Positions 40,651 through 50,107 of a stretch of DNA of 59,378 nucleotides are shown here, piece after piece. How positions within the stretch are numbered: position 1 is the first letter of the stretch; every line of letters starts with the position of its first letter. This DNA is from Deltaproteobacteria bacterium. Its GTDB lineage: Bacteria; Desulfobacterota; GWC2-55-46; DRME01. The stretch lies in contig DRME01000074.1 of the NCBI GenBank assembly GCA_011375175.1, positions 1-59,378 of the forward strand, given 5' to 3'. Below the pieces are notes generated by a model. That model did not search any database. It had not been told where the DNA came from and saw nothing but the letters and a program-made list of their open reading frames with translations. Position numbers and translations under genes: made by a program.

Positions 40651-43200
40651 TCACTGGCCGAGCTCCACATAGACCTTCAGGTACTTCTCCTTGACGCCGG
40701 CATCCATGGCCATGGCCTCGGCGAAGACCTCCCTGGCCCGCTCACGGTCGCCGAGCTTGAGGTAGGCCCTCGCCATGTTGACCAGTATGCCCGGGTCGGT
40801 GGCGTCCTTTTCGCGGGCCATGCGGTAGTAGCCGAGCGCCTTTTCATAGTCTCCCTTGAGGAAGTGGACGTTGCCTATGTTGTTGGCCGTGTCGGGGGTG
40901 AGAGCGCCGGAGGCGTCGAGCTTCCTGGCCAGCGCGAGGGCGTCGTCGACGAGACCGTTCTCCCCGTAGACGATGACGGCCTGCGCCAGCCCCTTCTCCC
41001 CGAGGTCCAGATACCTGGCGGCGAGCCTGCGCACCCGCCTGCGCCGCAGCTCCTCGAGCTCGCCGCCGAAGACCTTTTCTATGGCCGCCTTCGAGACCTC
41101 GCCCTTGAACTCGGCGGGCGGCAGGGTCGCCGGCAGATACTTCTTCCACGCCTTTCGGGGATCGACGAAGGCCGCCTCGCCGCCCCACTTGCCGTAGTTC
41201 TCCACCCCCTTCTCCCAGGCCAGCAGGAAGGACGAGCCCACGAGCGTGGTCTCGAAGGGCACCCAGATTGTGCCGTCGTGGACGACGTACATGTCGGGCG
41301 GAAAGCCGAACTCGCCCTCCAGGTGCTCCGGTATGGACGTGTCGAACATGATGAAGAGATGGGAGGGCGCGTCAACGGGCATGACCTTTATGCCCAGGCT
41401 CTCGAGCGCCGCTCCGAAGAGGCTTACAAGGTCGTCGCAGTCTCCCCCCTTGCGCTCCAGCGTCTCGCGCGGATACTGGACGTGGTCCACTATGGTCGTG
41501 TCGCTGGAGACGGTCGCGTAGGGCGTGGGGTCGGCGATGTATGTGACGCCCAGGACGCCGAGGGCCTCGAAGACGGCGCGGGCCTTGACGAGCGCCTGGT
41601 TTATGTAGGGGAAGTTGTATTCGCGCACGGCCATGGAGGCGAAGGTCGAGACCACCGGGTCGCGCGGCGTTATGAAGCTTGCGATCTTGGCCTTGTCGTC
41701 CCATACGAGGGCGTGCTTTTCGTAGACGTGGATCGGCAGGGCCGCGGTGACCGACCTGCTCTCGGCGCCGTCGTAGTAGGTGACCACTATCTCCGACTGC
41801 AGCAGCGTGTTCTCCGTGAGCTCGAGCACCCTGTTGTTGAAGACCGCCGTGAGCTCGACCGTCCTCTTCTGGCCCGGGGCCATGCGCTCGATGAGGCGCT
41901 CCGAGGGGAAGTCCATGTAATCCTTCACCATGAGCGTAACCTTGACGCCCCGGATCTCGCGTTCGCTGTTGTTGACGAGCCGCACCGACGCGAAGGGTTC
42001 TTCCGCATAGGACTTGTAGATATTGGAGAATATCTCCACGCTGTCGGCCACCGAGAGCTCGATGGGAGGCAGCGCGCCGGAGGCGATCTCCTCGCCCATG
42101 CGCTTTCCTATGTCCGAGAGCGTGGCCCTGAGGGTGTCGGCCACCTTCTCGTAGGCGAGCTTTACGGCCGCCTCCTTGCCGGCCTCCTCGTTGAGGTGGA
42201 CGAGCGAATGCGACCCCTTGAGCCTTGTGATGACGACGCCGTTGTTGCCGTTTACCACGGCGAACTCCACGACGCACTCGATGCTCTTGAAGTTGGAGCC
42301 CAGCACCGTGCCGGCCACCCTGGGACTCTCGCTTATCTCCACGACGATGGAGCCCTTGGTCTTCATCGTCTCCGGGTTGAGCGCCCCGGCCCCCATGTCA
42401 ACGGCGTTGAAGCCCGCCGAGCGGAGCGAGGAGAGCAGCATCTTGCGCAGCCGGTCCGACCCCTTCCGCGTCAGAAGGCCCACCTGCAGCGTGCTCTTGC
42501 GCCGCGCCTTGATCATGCCGTAGGACTCGAGCGTGTCCGTCAGGGCCCCCATGTCGATGAAGACGACGACGGCAAACCTGAAAAAGCCCCGGCCCTCGCC
42601 GGTGGAGAATATGTAGTGGGAGAGGTAGTATGAGTCGGCGGAGGAGAGGATGTTGTCGTTGAATCTCGAAAGCTCTTTCTTGCCGGGCTCGGCGACGAGC
42701 GAGAGGAAGGCGTCCTTCAGGGCCCGCTCCAGCGCCTTCCTCCTGACGGCCGACTCGAGCCCCATGCCCGATACGCCTGAAGCAAGCCCCACGTCGACGA
42801 AGAAGAGTCCCGTGCGGGCCACCTCGCGCTCCAGGCCGTCGAGCCGCAGCGGCGCGCCCGTTATGGCGGCCCTCGCAAGCGCGTACCTCGCCTTCCTCGA
42901 CCCCGCCAGAAGCTTCAGCCCCCGCTCCCGCTCCCCGTTGCGCTCGTAGGCGTAGGCGAGAAGCGGAGCCACCCTCGGCGCAAGGGAGGGGTCCCTTGCG
43001 AGCATGGCCTCCATGCGCTCGGCGGCCGCCTTGTAAAGCCGCCTCGACAGGGCGGAGGCGGCCTCGGCGGCCAGCGCCTCCACATCCGCCGGCCCGCCGC
43101 CAGCCGCGGCTCCGGGACCGGCCGCCTCGAGGCCGGCCGGCGACAGGCCGGTCACGAGCAGGACCGCAAGGACGATGGAGAGAAGCGAACGTTTAACCAT
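40651..43200 (-). CDS. Large secreted TPR protein with transglutaminase-like domain
   Basis: Signal peptide; N- and C-terminal TPRs; GGDCDDL...SHLFIMFD putative Cys-His-Asp triad. Confidence 0.7.
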   Translation of the reverse strand: MVKRSLLSIVLAVLLVTGLSPAGLEAAGPGAAAGGGPADVEALAAEAASALSRRLYKAAAERMEAMLARDPSLAPRVAPLLAYAYERNGERERGLKLLAGSRKARYALARAAITGAPLRLDGLEREVARTGLFFVDVGLASGVSGMGLESAVRRKALERALKDAFLSLVAEPGKKELSRFNDNILSSADSYYLSHYIFSTGEGRGFFRFAVVVFIDMGALTDTLESYGMIKARRKSTLQVGLLTRKGSDRLRKMLLSSLRSAGFNAVDMGAGALNPETMKTKGSIVVEISESPRVAGTVLGSNFKSIECVVEFAVVNGNNGVVITRLKGSHSLVHLNEEAGKEAAVKLAYEKVADTLRATLSDIGKRMGEEIASGALPPIELSVADSVEIFSNIYKSYAEEPFASVRLVNNSEREIRGVKVTLMVKDYMDFPSERLIERMAPGQKRTVELTAVFNNRVLELTENTLLQSEIVVTYYDGAESRSVTAALPIHVYEKHALVWDDKAKIASFITPRDPVVSTFASMAVREYNFPYINQALVKARAVFEALGVLGVTYIADPTPYATVSSDTTIVDHVQYPRETLERKGGDCDDLVSLFGAALESLGIKVMPVDAPSHLFIMFDTSIPEHLEGEFGFPPDMYVVHDGTIWVPFETTLVGSSFLLAWEKGVENYGKWGGEAAFVDPRKAWKKYLPATLPPAEFKGEVSKAAIEKVFGGELEELRRRRVRRLAARYLDLGEKGLAQAVIVYGENGLVDDALALARKLDASGALTPDTANNIGNVHFLKGDYEKALGYYRMAREKDATDPGILVNMARAYLKLGDRERAREVFAEAMAMDAGVKEKYLKVYVELGQ

Positions 43201-43237
43201 GGGCTCGCCGGGGAAGCCGCCGCCTGGACGGGCTCTT

Positions 43238-43813
43238 TCACTGCCTGCGCCATATGCCTTCGGTCCTCGTCACAAGGCCGGTGTCGGGATCGAAGGCGAC
43301 GCCTATGTTCTTGCCGAACCTCTTTCGCTTGTAGACCCAGAGATCGGCCTCCATGATCTCATCGTACGTCATGGTGTCGGTGTTGACCATGTCGGCGTTG
43401 GCCGGAGGCCCCATGGCCGTGTAGGCCTCGAGCTTGGTCATGCCCACCGCTATGAGCCCCTTCTTCATCTCGGCCGCTATCTCAGGCGACGAGGGCACGA
43501 CCGTCACAGGCTCCCTTACTACGAACTTTTCGAGGTAGGGCCGGCCTTCGGCCCCGAGCAGCAGCCTGTAGACGCGGCCCGTGGCCGGGTCCTCGATCTC
43601 CGCCTCGTCGCCGCCGTCGTAGCTCACCAGGAGCTTCGTGCCCGCAGGGATCATCTCTCTGGCCGCCTGCCAGTTGACCCACGATATGAGACGGCCCTTC
43701 ACCACCTTGAGGTTGCACCGCGCGTAGTAGACATCCTCCGCCGGGAAGGCCGAGGCGGGAAGAACGCAGGCGGCCGTGACGAGAAAGGCCAGGACGAGAA
43801 GGACCCTCTTCAT
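43238..43813 (-). CDS. Secreted hypothetical protein, BamE/SmpA-like C-terminus
   Basis: Signal peptide; GMTKLEAYTAMGPP...WVY...VAFD..GLV pattern; GGAGG before ATG 43813. Confidence 0.5.
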   Translation of the reverse strand: MKRVLLVLAFLVTAACVLPASAFPAEDVYYARCNLKVVKGRLISWVNWQAAREMIPAGTKLLVSYDGGDEAEIEDPATGRVYRLLLGAEGRPYLEKFVVREPVTVVPSSPEIAAEMKKGLIAVGMTKLEAYTAMGPPANADMVNTDTMTYDEIMEADLWVYKRKRFGKNIGVAFDPDTGLVTRTEGIWRRQ

Positions 43814-44008
43814 ACCCCCCTCCTTTGCGGGACTTCGGTCATCAACTGAAATATACCATGGAGATGGGCTCAATGCAACGGCCTTGGGTCTGTCAAAGGG
43901 ATCGCCGCACGGGCGTTAGCGGTGGCTTTTCATGCGCCGATGTGGAATAATTATGGCAACGGCCCCGCGCCGGCGCGGGGGCCTCTTCAGGCGCAAAGGA
44001 GTTGACGA

Positions 44009-44404
44009 ATGTTCTTCAGGCTCTTCATCCTGTTCACCCTAATACCGGTGATCGAGCTCGCCCTGCTGATAAAGGTGGGCTCCTTTCTCGGCGTATTCAA
44101 CACGGTGATGATCGTCATAGCGACGGCCCTGGCCGGCGCCTACCTCGTGAGGCTCGAAGGACTCGGCGTCATGTACCGCTTCCAGCGCAACCTCTCGGAG
44201 GGGATATTTCCGGCGGAGGAGATATTCGACGGCGCGCTGCTGCTCGTCGCCGGGGCGCTTCTCGTCACGCCGGGCTTCTTCACCGACGTGCTGGGCCTTC
44301 TCATAGTGATACCCGCCACACGGGCCGTCATAAAGGCCCGGCTTCGCCGCCGCATCGAGAAGAGCTCGACGATCATCACCATCGACACGAACTTTCCGCG
44401 ATGA
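44009..44404 (+). CDS. fxsA: FxsA family membrane protein
   Basis: LFTLIPVIELALLIKVG...GALLVTPGFFTDVLG. Confidence 0.88.
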   Translation: MFFRLFILFTLIPVIELALLIKVGSFLGVFNTVMIVIATALAGAYLVRLEGLGVMYRFQRNLSEGIFPAEEIFDGALLLVAGALLVTPGFFTDVLGLLIVIPATRAVIKARLRRRIEKSSTIITIDTNFPR

Positions 44405-44425
44405 GCACGCCCCCCAGGCAGGTTA

Positions 44426-44616
44426 CTGAGGGAACCTTTTTGTAAAGGGTCACAGCCCCACGGTTCCCTCAGACTCCCTCCAAAGACTTTTAACGCGAGT
44501 TGGTTTCCCCCTGTTTTGCATAGCAAAACAGGGGGAAACCAACTCGTATTTAAAGTCTTTGAAGGGGGTCCGGGGGAAACGTGGGCCTGTGGCCCTTCTA
44601 CAGAAAGTTTCCCCCA
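44426..44616. repeat. Copy of modular palindromic repeat
   Basis: Near-identical to 13630-13803 modules: CAGACTCCCTCCAAAGACTTTTAACGCGAGTTGG..., GGGGGAAAC-26nt-GTTTCCCCC. Confidence 0.85.
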
Positions 44617-44625
44617 GAAAATAGA

Positions 44626-44664
44626 AGAGGCGGCCTTCCCTGCGGGAACGGCCGCCTCTGTTTT
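44626..44664. terminator. Probable bidirectional intrinsic terminator between fxsA and sat
   Basis: AGAGGCGGCC-TTCCC/GGGAA-GGCCGCCTCT stem with short T tracts on both strands. Confidence 0.5.
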
Positions 44665-44689
44665 CCGTCGAAGAGTCCGAGGATGGAGG

Positions 44690-45871
44690 CTACTTTTTTT
44701 CCCTGCCCTTGCCGCCGCCCTTCATGGCCTTTATGAGTATGCGGGCCACCTCGGGCCTTGAGAACTCGGCGGGCGGCACTTCGCCCCTTGAGAGCATCTC
44801 CCTCACCTTCGTGCCCGAGAGCGATATGTGCTCGGACGAGTCGTGGGGACAGGACTTGAAAGACGCCATGCCGCCGCACTTGCCGCAGAAGAAGGTGTAG
44901 TCGAAGAACATGGGCGTTATCCCTATGGCCCCGGCGTCGAACTCGTCGAAGATGTAGTGGGCGTCGAAGCTGCCGTAGTAGCTGCCCACGCCGGCGTGGT
45001 CGCGGCCCACGATGAAGTGGGTGCATCCGTAGTTCTTCCTGATGAGGGCGTGGAAGACGGCCTCCCTCGGACCGGCGTAGCGCATGGCCGCCGGCAGCAC
45101 GACGAGCGCCACCCTGTCCTTTGGGAAGTAGTTGTCTATGAGGACCTTGTAACACTCCATGCGGACCGAGGCCGGTATGTCGTCGCTCTTGGTCTCGCCT
45201 ACGATTGGATGGATCATGAGGCCGTCGACCGTCTCGAGCGCGCACTTCTGTATGTACTCGTGGGCCCTGTGAATGGGGTTTCTCGTCTGGAAGCCCACGA
45301 CCCTGCGCCAGCCCTTCTCCCTGAAGAGCGCCCTCGTCTCGGCCGGGTCGAGGCGGTGTTCGTTGAACTCCCTGTAGGTGCGCCGGTGCAGCAGCGACAC
45401 CGGTCCGCCCAGGAGCATCTCCCCCATCTCATAGACCTTCTTCACCCCCGGGTGGGCGTCTTCGGCCGTACCGTAGACCTGTATGGCCTCCTTCTCCTTG
45501 TCGTGCGGGTATATCTCCTCGAGGTGGAGCACCGCAAGGAGCGCGTCCGAGCCGTCCACGAGGGCCACGTCCGAGCCCTCCTTGAGTCCGCGCGCCTCCT
45601 CGGCCTTGCATGAGAGCGTTACGGGGATGGTCCAGGGCAGGCCGTTGGAGAGGGTCATGGTGTCCATCGTCGAGTGGTAGTCGGCCCTGGTCATGAAGCC
45701 TTTGAGCGGGCTGAAGGCGCCGACGGCTATCATCTCGAGGTCCGATATCTCGCGCTCGTTGAGCCTTATCTTCGGCAGCCGCCCGGCCTTCTTCTCGAGC
45801 TCCTCGCGCTCCTTGCCCTCGACCACCCTGTTTACGAGCTCGCCCCCGTGGGGGGCTATCAGTTCCGGCAC
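44690..45871 (-). CDS. sat: Sulfate adenylyltransferase
   Basis: [59 protein letters not shown]; GTG start 45871. Confidence 0.95.
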   Translation of the reverse strand: MPELIAPHGGELVNRVVEGKEREELEKKAGRLPKIRLNEREISDLEMIAVGAFSPLKGFMTRADYHSTMDTMTLSNGLPWTIPVTLSCKAEEARGLKEGSDVALVDGSDALLAVLHLEEIYPHDKEKEAIQVYGTAEDAHPGVKKVYEMGEMLLGGPVSLLHRRTYREFNEHRLDPAETRALFREKGWRRVVGFQTRNPIHRAHEYIQKCALETVDGLMIHPIVGETKSDDIPASVRMECYKVLIDNYFPKDRVALVVLPAAMRYAGPREAVFHALIRKNYGCTHFIVGRDHAGVGSYYGSFDAHYIFDEFDAGAIGITPMFFDYTFFCGKCGGMASFKSCPHDSSEHISLSGTKVREMLSRGEVPPAEFSRPEVARILIKAMKGGGKGREKK

Positions 45872-46018
45872 TTCCTTACCTCCTCGGCGGGGAAGTCCCC
45901 GGGGACGCAACCCCCGACTTCCCGGGCAAAACGGTCATCACCGCCGGCGTCGCCCATCCTGACGGATGGGCGACGCCGGTCCTGTCCATGCGGCGGCGCG
46001 GCCCGCGGCCGCCCGCCG

Positions 46019-46723
46019 CTACTCGTCCTTGTGGAGCCCGCACTCGGTCTTTGCGTGGCCCGCCCAGCGGCCGGCCCTGGGGTCCTCGCCGGGCTTGACG
46101 GGCTGGGTACAGGGCTCGCAGCCGATGCTGGGGTAGTTGCGGTCGTGGAGCACGTTGTAGGGCACGTCGTTACTGCGGATGTACTCCCAGACCTGGGCCT
46201 CGGTCCACTTGACCAGCGGGTTGATCTTCACGAGGTTGAAGAGCGAGTCCCAGCCCACGATGGGGGCGTTGGCCCTTGTGGGCGACTGTTCGCGGCGGAT
46301 GCCCGTTATCCAGGCCGACAGCGTTCCCAGCGCCTCCTTGAGGGCCGATATCTTGCGTATCTGGCAGCACTTCTTGGGGTCGCGCTTCCAGAGCTCGGGG
46401 CCGTACTCCTTTTCCATCTCCTCAAGCGACATCCTGGAAGCGAAACGCTCGGCCTTGAGGCCGTACTTCTCGGCTATCCTGTCGCGCACGTCGTAGGTCT
46501 CCTTGAAGAGCAGCTCCGTGTCGAGGTAAAAGACCCTCGCATCGGGCCTTATCCTGAGCAGCATGTCCACCAGGGCCACGTCCTCGGGGCCGTAGCTGCA
46601 GGCGAGCGCCACGTTGGGGTGAAAGTTGTCGAGCGCCCACCGCAGGGCGTCCTCGGGCCCCTTGGAGTCGAGCTCTTCGTTGACCCTGCTCAGTTCCTCT
46701 TCGGTCCATACCTTTGCTGACAT
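46019..46723 (-). CDS. cysH: Thioredoxin-dependent APS reductase (CysH family, Fe-S type)
   Basis: LDTELLF, CC.IRK, WITGIRREQS, SIGCEPCT, KTECGLH; CC plus CxxC are the [4Fe-4S] ligands of APS-type enzymes. Confidence 0.9.
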   Translation of the reverse strand: MSAKVWTEEELSRVNEELDSKGPEDALRWALDNFHPNVALACSYGPEDVALVDMLLRIRPDARVFYLDTELLFKETYDVRDRIAEKYGLKAERFASRMSLEEMEKEYGPELWKRDPKKCCQIRKISALKEALGTLSAWITGIRREQSPTRANAPIVGWDSLFNLVKINPLVKWTEAQVWEYIRSNDVPYNVLHDRNYPSIGCEPCTQPVKPGEDPRAGRWAGHAKTECGLHKDE

Positions 46724-46847
46724 CTCTGCTACCTCCGTCCTTTTTTGTTGCTTTGTCCCTGCTCCGCCTCCACAGGTGGCGGGTCGTCGGAGACACCACC
46801 GGCCACATGGGCGCCGTTGCGGCGCAAAGCGTCGAAGCCACTTTCCC

Positions 46848-47312
46848 TTACTCGTCGAAGATCACGACCTCGCAGGGGGCCTTCTCCCTGAGCTCCTCGG
46901 AGAGCGAGGCCGAGAAGTAGCGCCTGAGGGTCTTGAGCTTCCTCCTTGCGACGACGGCCGTGGCGGCTCCGCTCTCCTCTATGACGCGCAGCACGGTGGG
47001 CAGGAAGTCCCCCTCCTCCATCCTCGCCTCGAAGGGAACGCCCCTTTTGCGGGCCGCCTCCCCGACCGCCGCGAGCCGCTCGCGGCCGCGCAGCCTGTAC
47101 TCGCGCATGACCGCCTCGGTGAGCTCCGCCGATGGCCTCTCGCCTATGAAGCCGATGTCGCTGAAGGTGTCGAATATGCCCTTGGCGATCTCCGACTCCA
47201 CGAGGAAGAGGGCGAGAAGGCGCGCTCCCTGGCGGGCGGCCCTCTCAACGGCGTAGTCGACGGCCCGCTGCGAGGACCTCGACGTGGTGAGCACGACGAG
47301 CACGGTCTCCAT
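46848..47312 (-). CDS. Universal stress protein
   Basis: VLVVLTTS.SS..AV.YA...A; EEG.F...V; L.EKAPCEVVI. Confidence 0.75.
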   Translation of the reverse strand: METVLVVLTTSRSSQRAVDYAVERAARQGARLLALFLVESEIAKGIFDTFSDIGFIGERPSAELTEAVMREYRLRGRERLAAVGEAARKRGVPFEARMEEGDFLPTVLRVIEESGAATAVVARRKLKTLRRYFSASLSEELREKAPCEVVIFDE

Positions 47313-47314
47313 CT

Positions 47315-48742
47315 TCAGCGTCCCCCGCCCACAAGCGGCCAGTAGAGGTTTGCGACCAGGTTGAAGAGCACCCAGGCCGACGCGCTCATGAGGATGCCTA
47401 TCTTCGCCATGTCACGCACCGTCACGTAGCTGCTCGACACGGCGATGGCGTTTGCCGGCGTGGAGAGCGGCAGCGTGAAGGCCAGCCCCGCGGGCACGGC
47501 CACGGCATAGGTGAGCGTTGCGGGCTCCATGCCGAAATTCTCGGCCATTCCGACGCTTATGGGCACGAGTATGGCGATTACGGCGGCGTTGCTTATCCCC
47601 TCGGTGAGCACCAGCGTCACGAGCGAGAAGAGGGCCACGACGGCCCAGGGCGCCTCGACCCACTCGCCGATGGTCCTGTCGGCGAGCCAGAGGGCCGCGC
47701 CGCTCTTCTCGAGCGAGGCCCCCAGTATGATGGCGCCGCCGTACATGAGGATGATCCCCCAGTTGACGTACTCCTCGATGTCCTTCCACCGCACGAGCCT
47801 CAGGGCGAAGAGCAGCACCACGGCCGTGAGGGCTATGTTGGCGAGACCGAGCGAGTGTCCCAGCGTCATCCAGACGACGACGGTGCCGGCCATGACGGCG
47901 CCGACGGCGTACTCGCGGTAGCTCACCTTGCCCATCTCGTATATGCGGCGGCCCAGCACCTCGCGGGCCTTCTCCACACTCTCTATGTCCATGGGAAAGG
48001 TCCTGGTGAGAACCAGATACCCAACGCCGAGCATGGCCGCCACGAGTGGGGCCACCGAGACGGTATAGGTGAGAAACCCTATCGTCTCACCGGTCGTCTC
48101 CTTGAGTATGCCGGCCGCAAGGGGCACCCTCGCCCCGCCGAGGAAGGTCGCCACCCCTCCTATGACGCACCCCCAGGCAAGGCTCAGAAAGAGCAGCTTT
48201 CCGTAATTGGACCTGCCGGGCCGCAGCTCCAGCCCCTTTGCTATCTCCAGCACTATGGGAAAGAGCATGGCCGCCACGCCGTGCTCGCTCATGAGGCACG
48301 AAAGCGAGGCGGCGAGCAGGAATATGCTCACCAGAAGCCGCCGCGGCGAGGCGCCGAACCTCTCCAGTATGGCCAGTGCCACCCTGTTGGAGAGCCCCGA
48401 CTGCATGACGGCCCCGGCGAGGATAAAGGCGCCGAGTATGAAGAAGACGGCCTCGTTGCCGAAGAGCGCGTAGGTCTGCTGGGTGCTCAGAACGTCCAGA
48501 AGGGGCACGAGCACTATGGCCAGTATGCTCGTTATGGCCAGCGGCACCACGTTGGAGACCCACAGCACCAGGCAGACCATGAATATGGCCATGGCCCGCT
48601 GGCCCTCGGGCGTGAGTCCCTGCGGGGTGGGCAGGCTGACAATATACCAGAAAAGGACGGCCAGCGCCAGAAAGAATAAGGGTCTGAGCCCCTTGAGGAC
48701 GAGGAGCAGCCATATGGACCGTCTGTCTATCTTTACAGCCAC
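47315..48742 (-). CDS. SLC13/DASS family anion transporter (possible sulfate uptake)
   Basis: VPLAITS, IGGVATFLGGARVP, TEGISNAA, AFTLPLSTPANAIA; many TM helices. Confidence 0.85.
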   Translation of the reverse strand: MAVKIDRRSIWLLLVLKGLRPLFFLALAVLFWYIVSLPTPQGLTPEGQRAMAIFMVCLVLWVSNVVPLAITSILAIVLVPLLDVLSTQQTYALFGNEAVFFILGAFILAGAVMQSGLSNRVALAILERFGASPRRLLVSIFLLAASLSCLMSEHGVAAMLFPIVLEIAKGLELRPGRSNYGKLLFLSLAWGCVIGGVATFLGGARVPLAAGILKETTGETIGFLTYTVSVAPLVAAMLGVGYLVLTRTFPMDIESVEKAREVLGRRIYEMGKVSYREYAVGAVMAGTVVVWMTLGHSLGLANIALTAVVLLFALRLVRWKDIEEYVNWGIILMYGGAIILGASLEKSGAALWLADRTIGEWVEAPWAVVALFSLVTLVLTEGISNAAVIAILVPISVGMAENFGMEPATLTYAVAVPAGLAFTLPLSTPANAIAVSSSYVTVRDMAKIGILMSASAWVLFNLVANLYWPLVGGGR

Positions 48743-48821
48743 GGGGCGACTCCACCTTACGGGTATGTCCTCGCGGCGCCGGGGCCGGAAGGGGGCGGAC
48801 CGGCGGCTGCGCCCTCTTCGC

Positions 48822-50048
48822 TCAATCCTTCTCCGTCGCGGCGCCGCCCGCCTCCTCGCCCGCCTCGTCCCTCACACGAAGTTTTCTTCGCAGCGTGGAG
48901 AGCCCCCATGCGGCCTTCATGCCGAGCCGCGTCTTGTAGAAGCCGCCGAATATGTCCTTGAAGCCGCTCTTCTCTCCGGCGAGCAGGGCCCCCTCCATGG
49001 GGGTGGTGACGACGCTGATGTCGCGCACCCAGTTCATGCTTATGTTGTTGCGCTTGACGGCCTCGTAGAGGTGTCTGTAAATGGGCACGATTATCTCGGC
49101 CGTAAGCGGCTCTATCCTCAGCGCCCTCTCGGGCGACGGCCTGTAGATCGGCAGGATTGGGACGACCCCCATGCCGGTCAGGAAGTCTATGCCCTGACAG
49201 GTGGAGCCCGGCATCTCAAGGCCCACGATGAGGTGCGAGGCCACGGTGCCGCTGGGGAAGATGCCGGCGGCGTAGCGCAGGGCCTCGATGTAGCGCTCGC
49301 GCCCTATGAGCTGCGCCCTCCCGGGGCATATCATCTCGAAGAGCTCCTTGTCGAAGATCTCGAGATTGTAGAGCACCGAGTCGGCTCCGGCCGCGTAGGT
49401 CTCGTCTATCCAGCGGTTGTCCCTGGGCGGCAGAGCCTCCACGGCGACGAGGCAGTGGAAGTGCTTCTTCACCGCCGTGATGTAAGGCCTCAGGAACTCA
49501 ATGCCCCCGTCGTCGCCGGAGCTGAAGCCGATGGAGAGGTAGATTATCTCCGATGCCCTCTCCTTGAGTATGGCCTCCACGGTCTCGACGACCTCGTCGA
49601 CTGTGTATACCCGGTCATCTCCGCCGTCTATATCGAAGTTGCCGGCGCAGTAGCGGCACTCGACGCTGCGGTTGAAGAACTCGCACCTCGGCGACGGCGT
49701 TATGACGGCGTAACGGCCGTGAGCCGTCGCTATCCTGGAGAAGGGCACGCCCGTTGAGGTGGAGCGCCCGTAGAACTCCGGCGGCCTGACCACCTCCACG
49801 TCGACCTCGCCGCTGTGGTCGACGATCCTGAACCCCCGGCCCCCGCTCGTGAGCAGGTAGGGCGACGCCCCGGTGAACTCCTCCCTGAAGGGGACGTTGA
49901 CGAGCGTTCCCCTGGGGAGCAAGAGGTCCAGACCGAGACTGTTGGCCGCCGCCTCTATCTCGGCGGCTATGGAGGGGTCGATCCTGATGCCGCGGAGCAT
50001 CAGGTCGATCTTCAGCGCGCCGGGATTATGGAGGTAACTCTTCTCCAT
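48822..50048 (-). CDS. Radical SAM protein with Cx8Cx2C motif (MSMEG_0568-like)
   Basis: CEFFNRSVECRYC; NLEIFD...F..ICPG, SHLIVGLE TIM-barrel motifs. Confidence 0.8.
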   Translation of the reverse strand: MEKSYLHNPGALKIDLMLRGIRIDPSIAAEIEAAANSLGLDLLLPRGTLVNVPFREEFTGASPYLLTSGGRGFRIVDHSGEVDVEVVRPPEFYGRSTSTGVPFSRIATAHGRYAVITPSPRCEFFNRSVECRYCAGNFDIDGGDDRVYTVDEVVETVEAILKERASEIIYLSIGFSSGDDGGIEFLRPYITAVKKHFHCLVAVEALPPRDNRWIDETYAAGADSVLYNLEIFDKELFEMICPGRAQLIGRERYIEALRYAAGIFPSGTVASHLIVGLEMPGSTCQGIDFLTGMGVVPILPIYRPSPERALRIEPLTAEIIVPIYRHLYEAVKRNNISMNWVRDISVVTTPMEGALLAGEKSGFKDIFGGFYKTRLGMKAAWGLSTLRRKLRVRDEAGEEAGGAATEKD

Positions 50049-50107
50049 CTATCCTTTATGGCGGGAAGAGGGGCGAGGCTCCCTGAGAGCCCCCTCAAAG
50101 CCCCCTT

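Noticed and set aside
44690-46723. Dissimilatory sulfate reduction
   Set aside because: No aprAB, qmo or dsr genes; the CysH-type reductase, Sir and CysM indicate assimilation.
48822-50048. Assigning the radical SAM protein as LipA, BioB or LipS1/S2
   Set aside because: It lacks the auxiliary-cluster motifs I know for those families.
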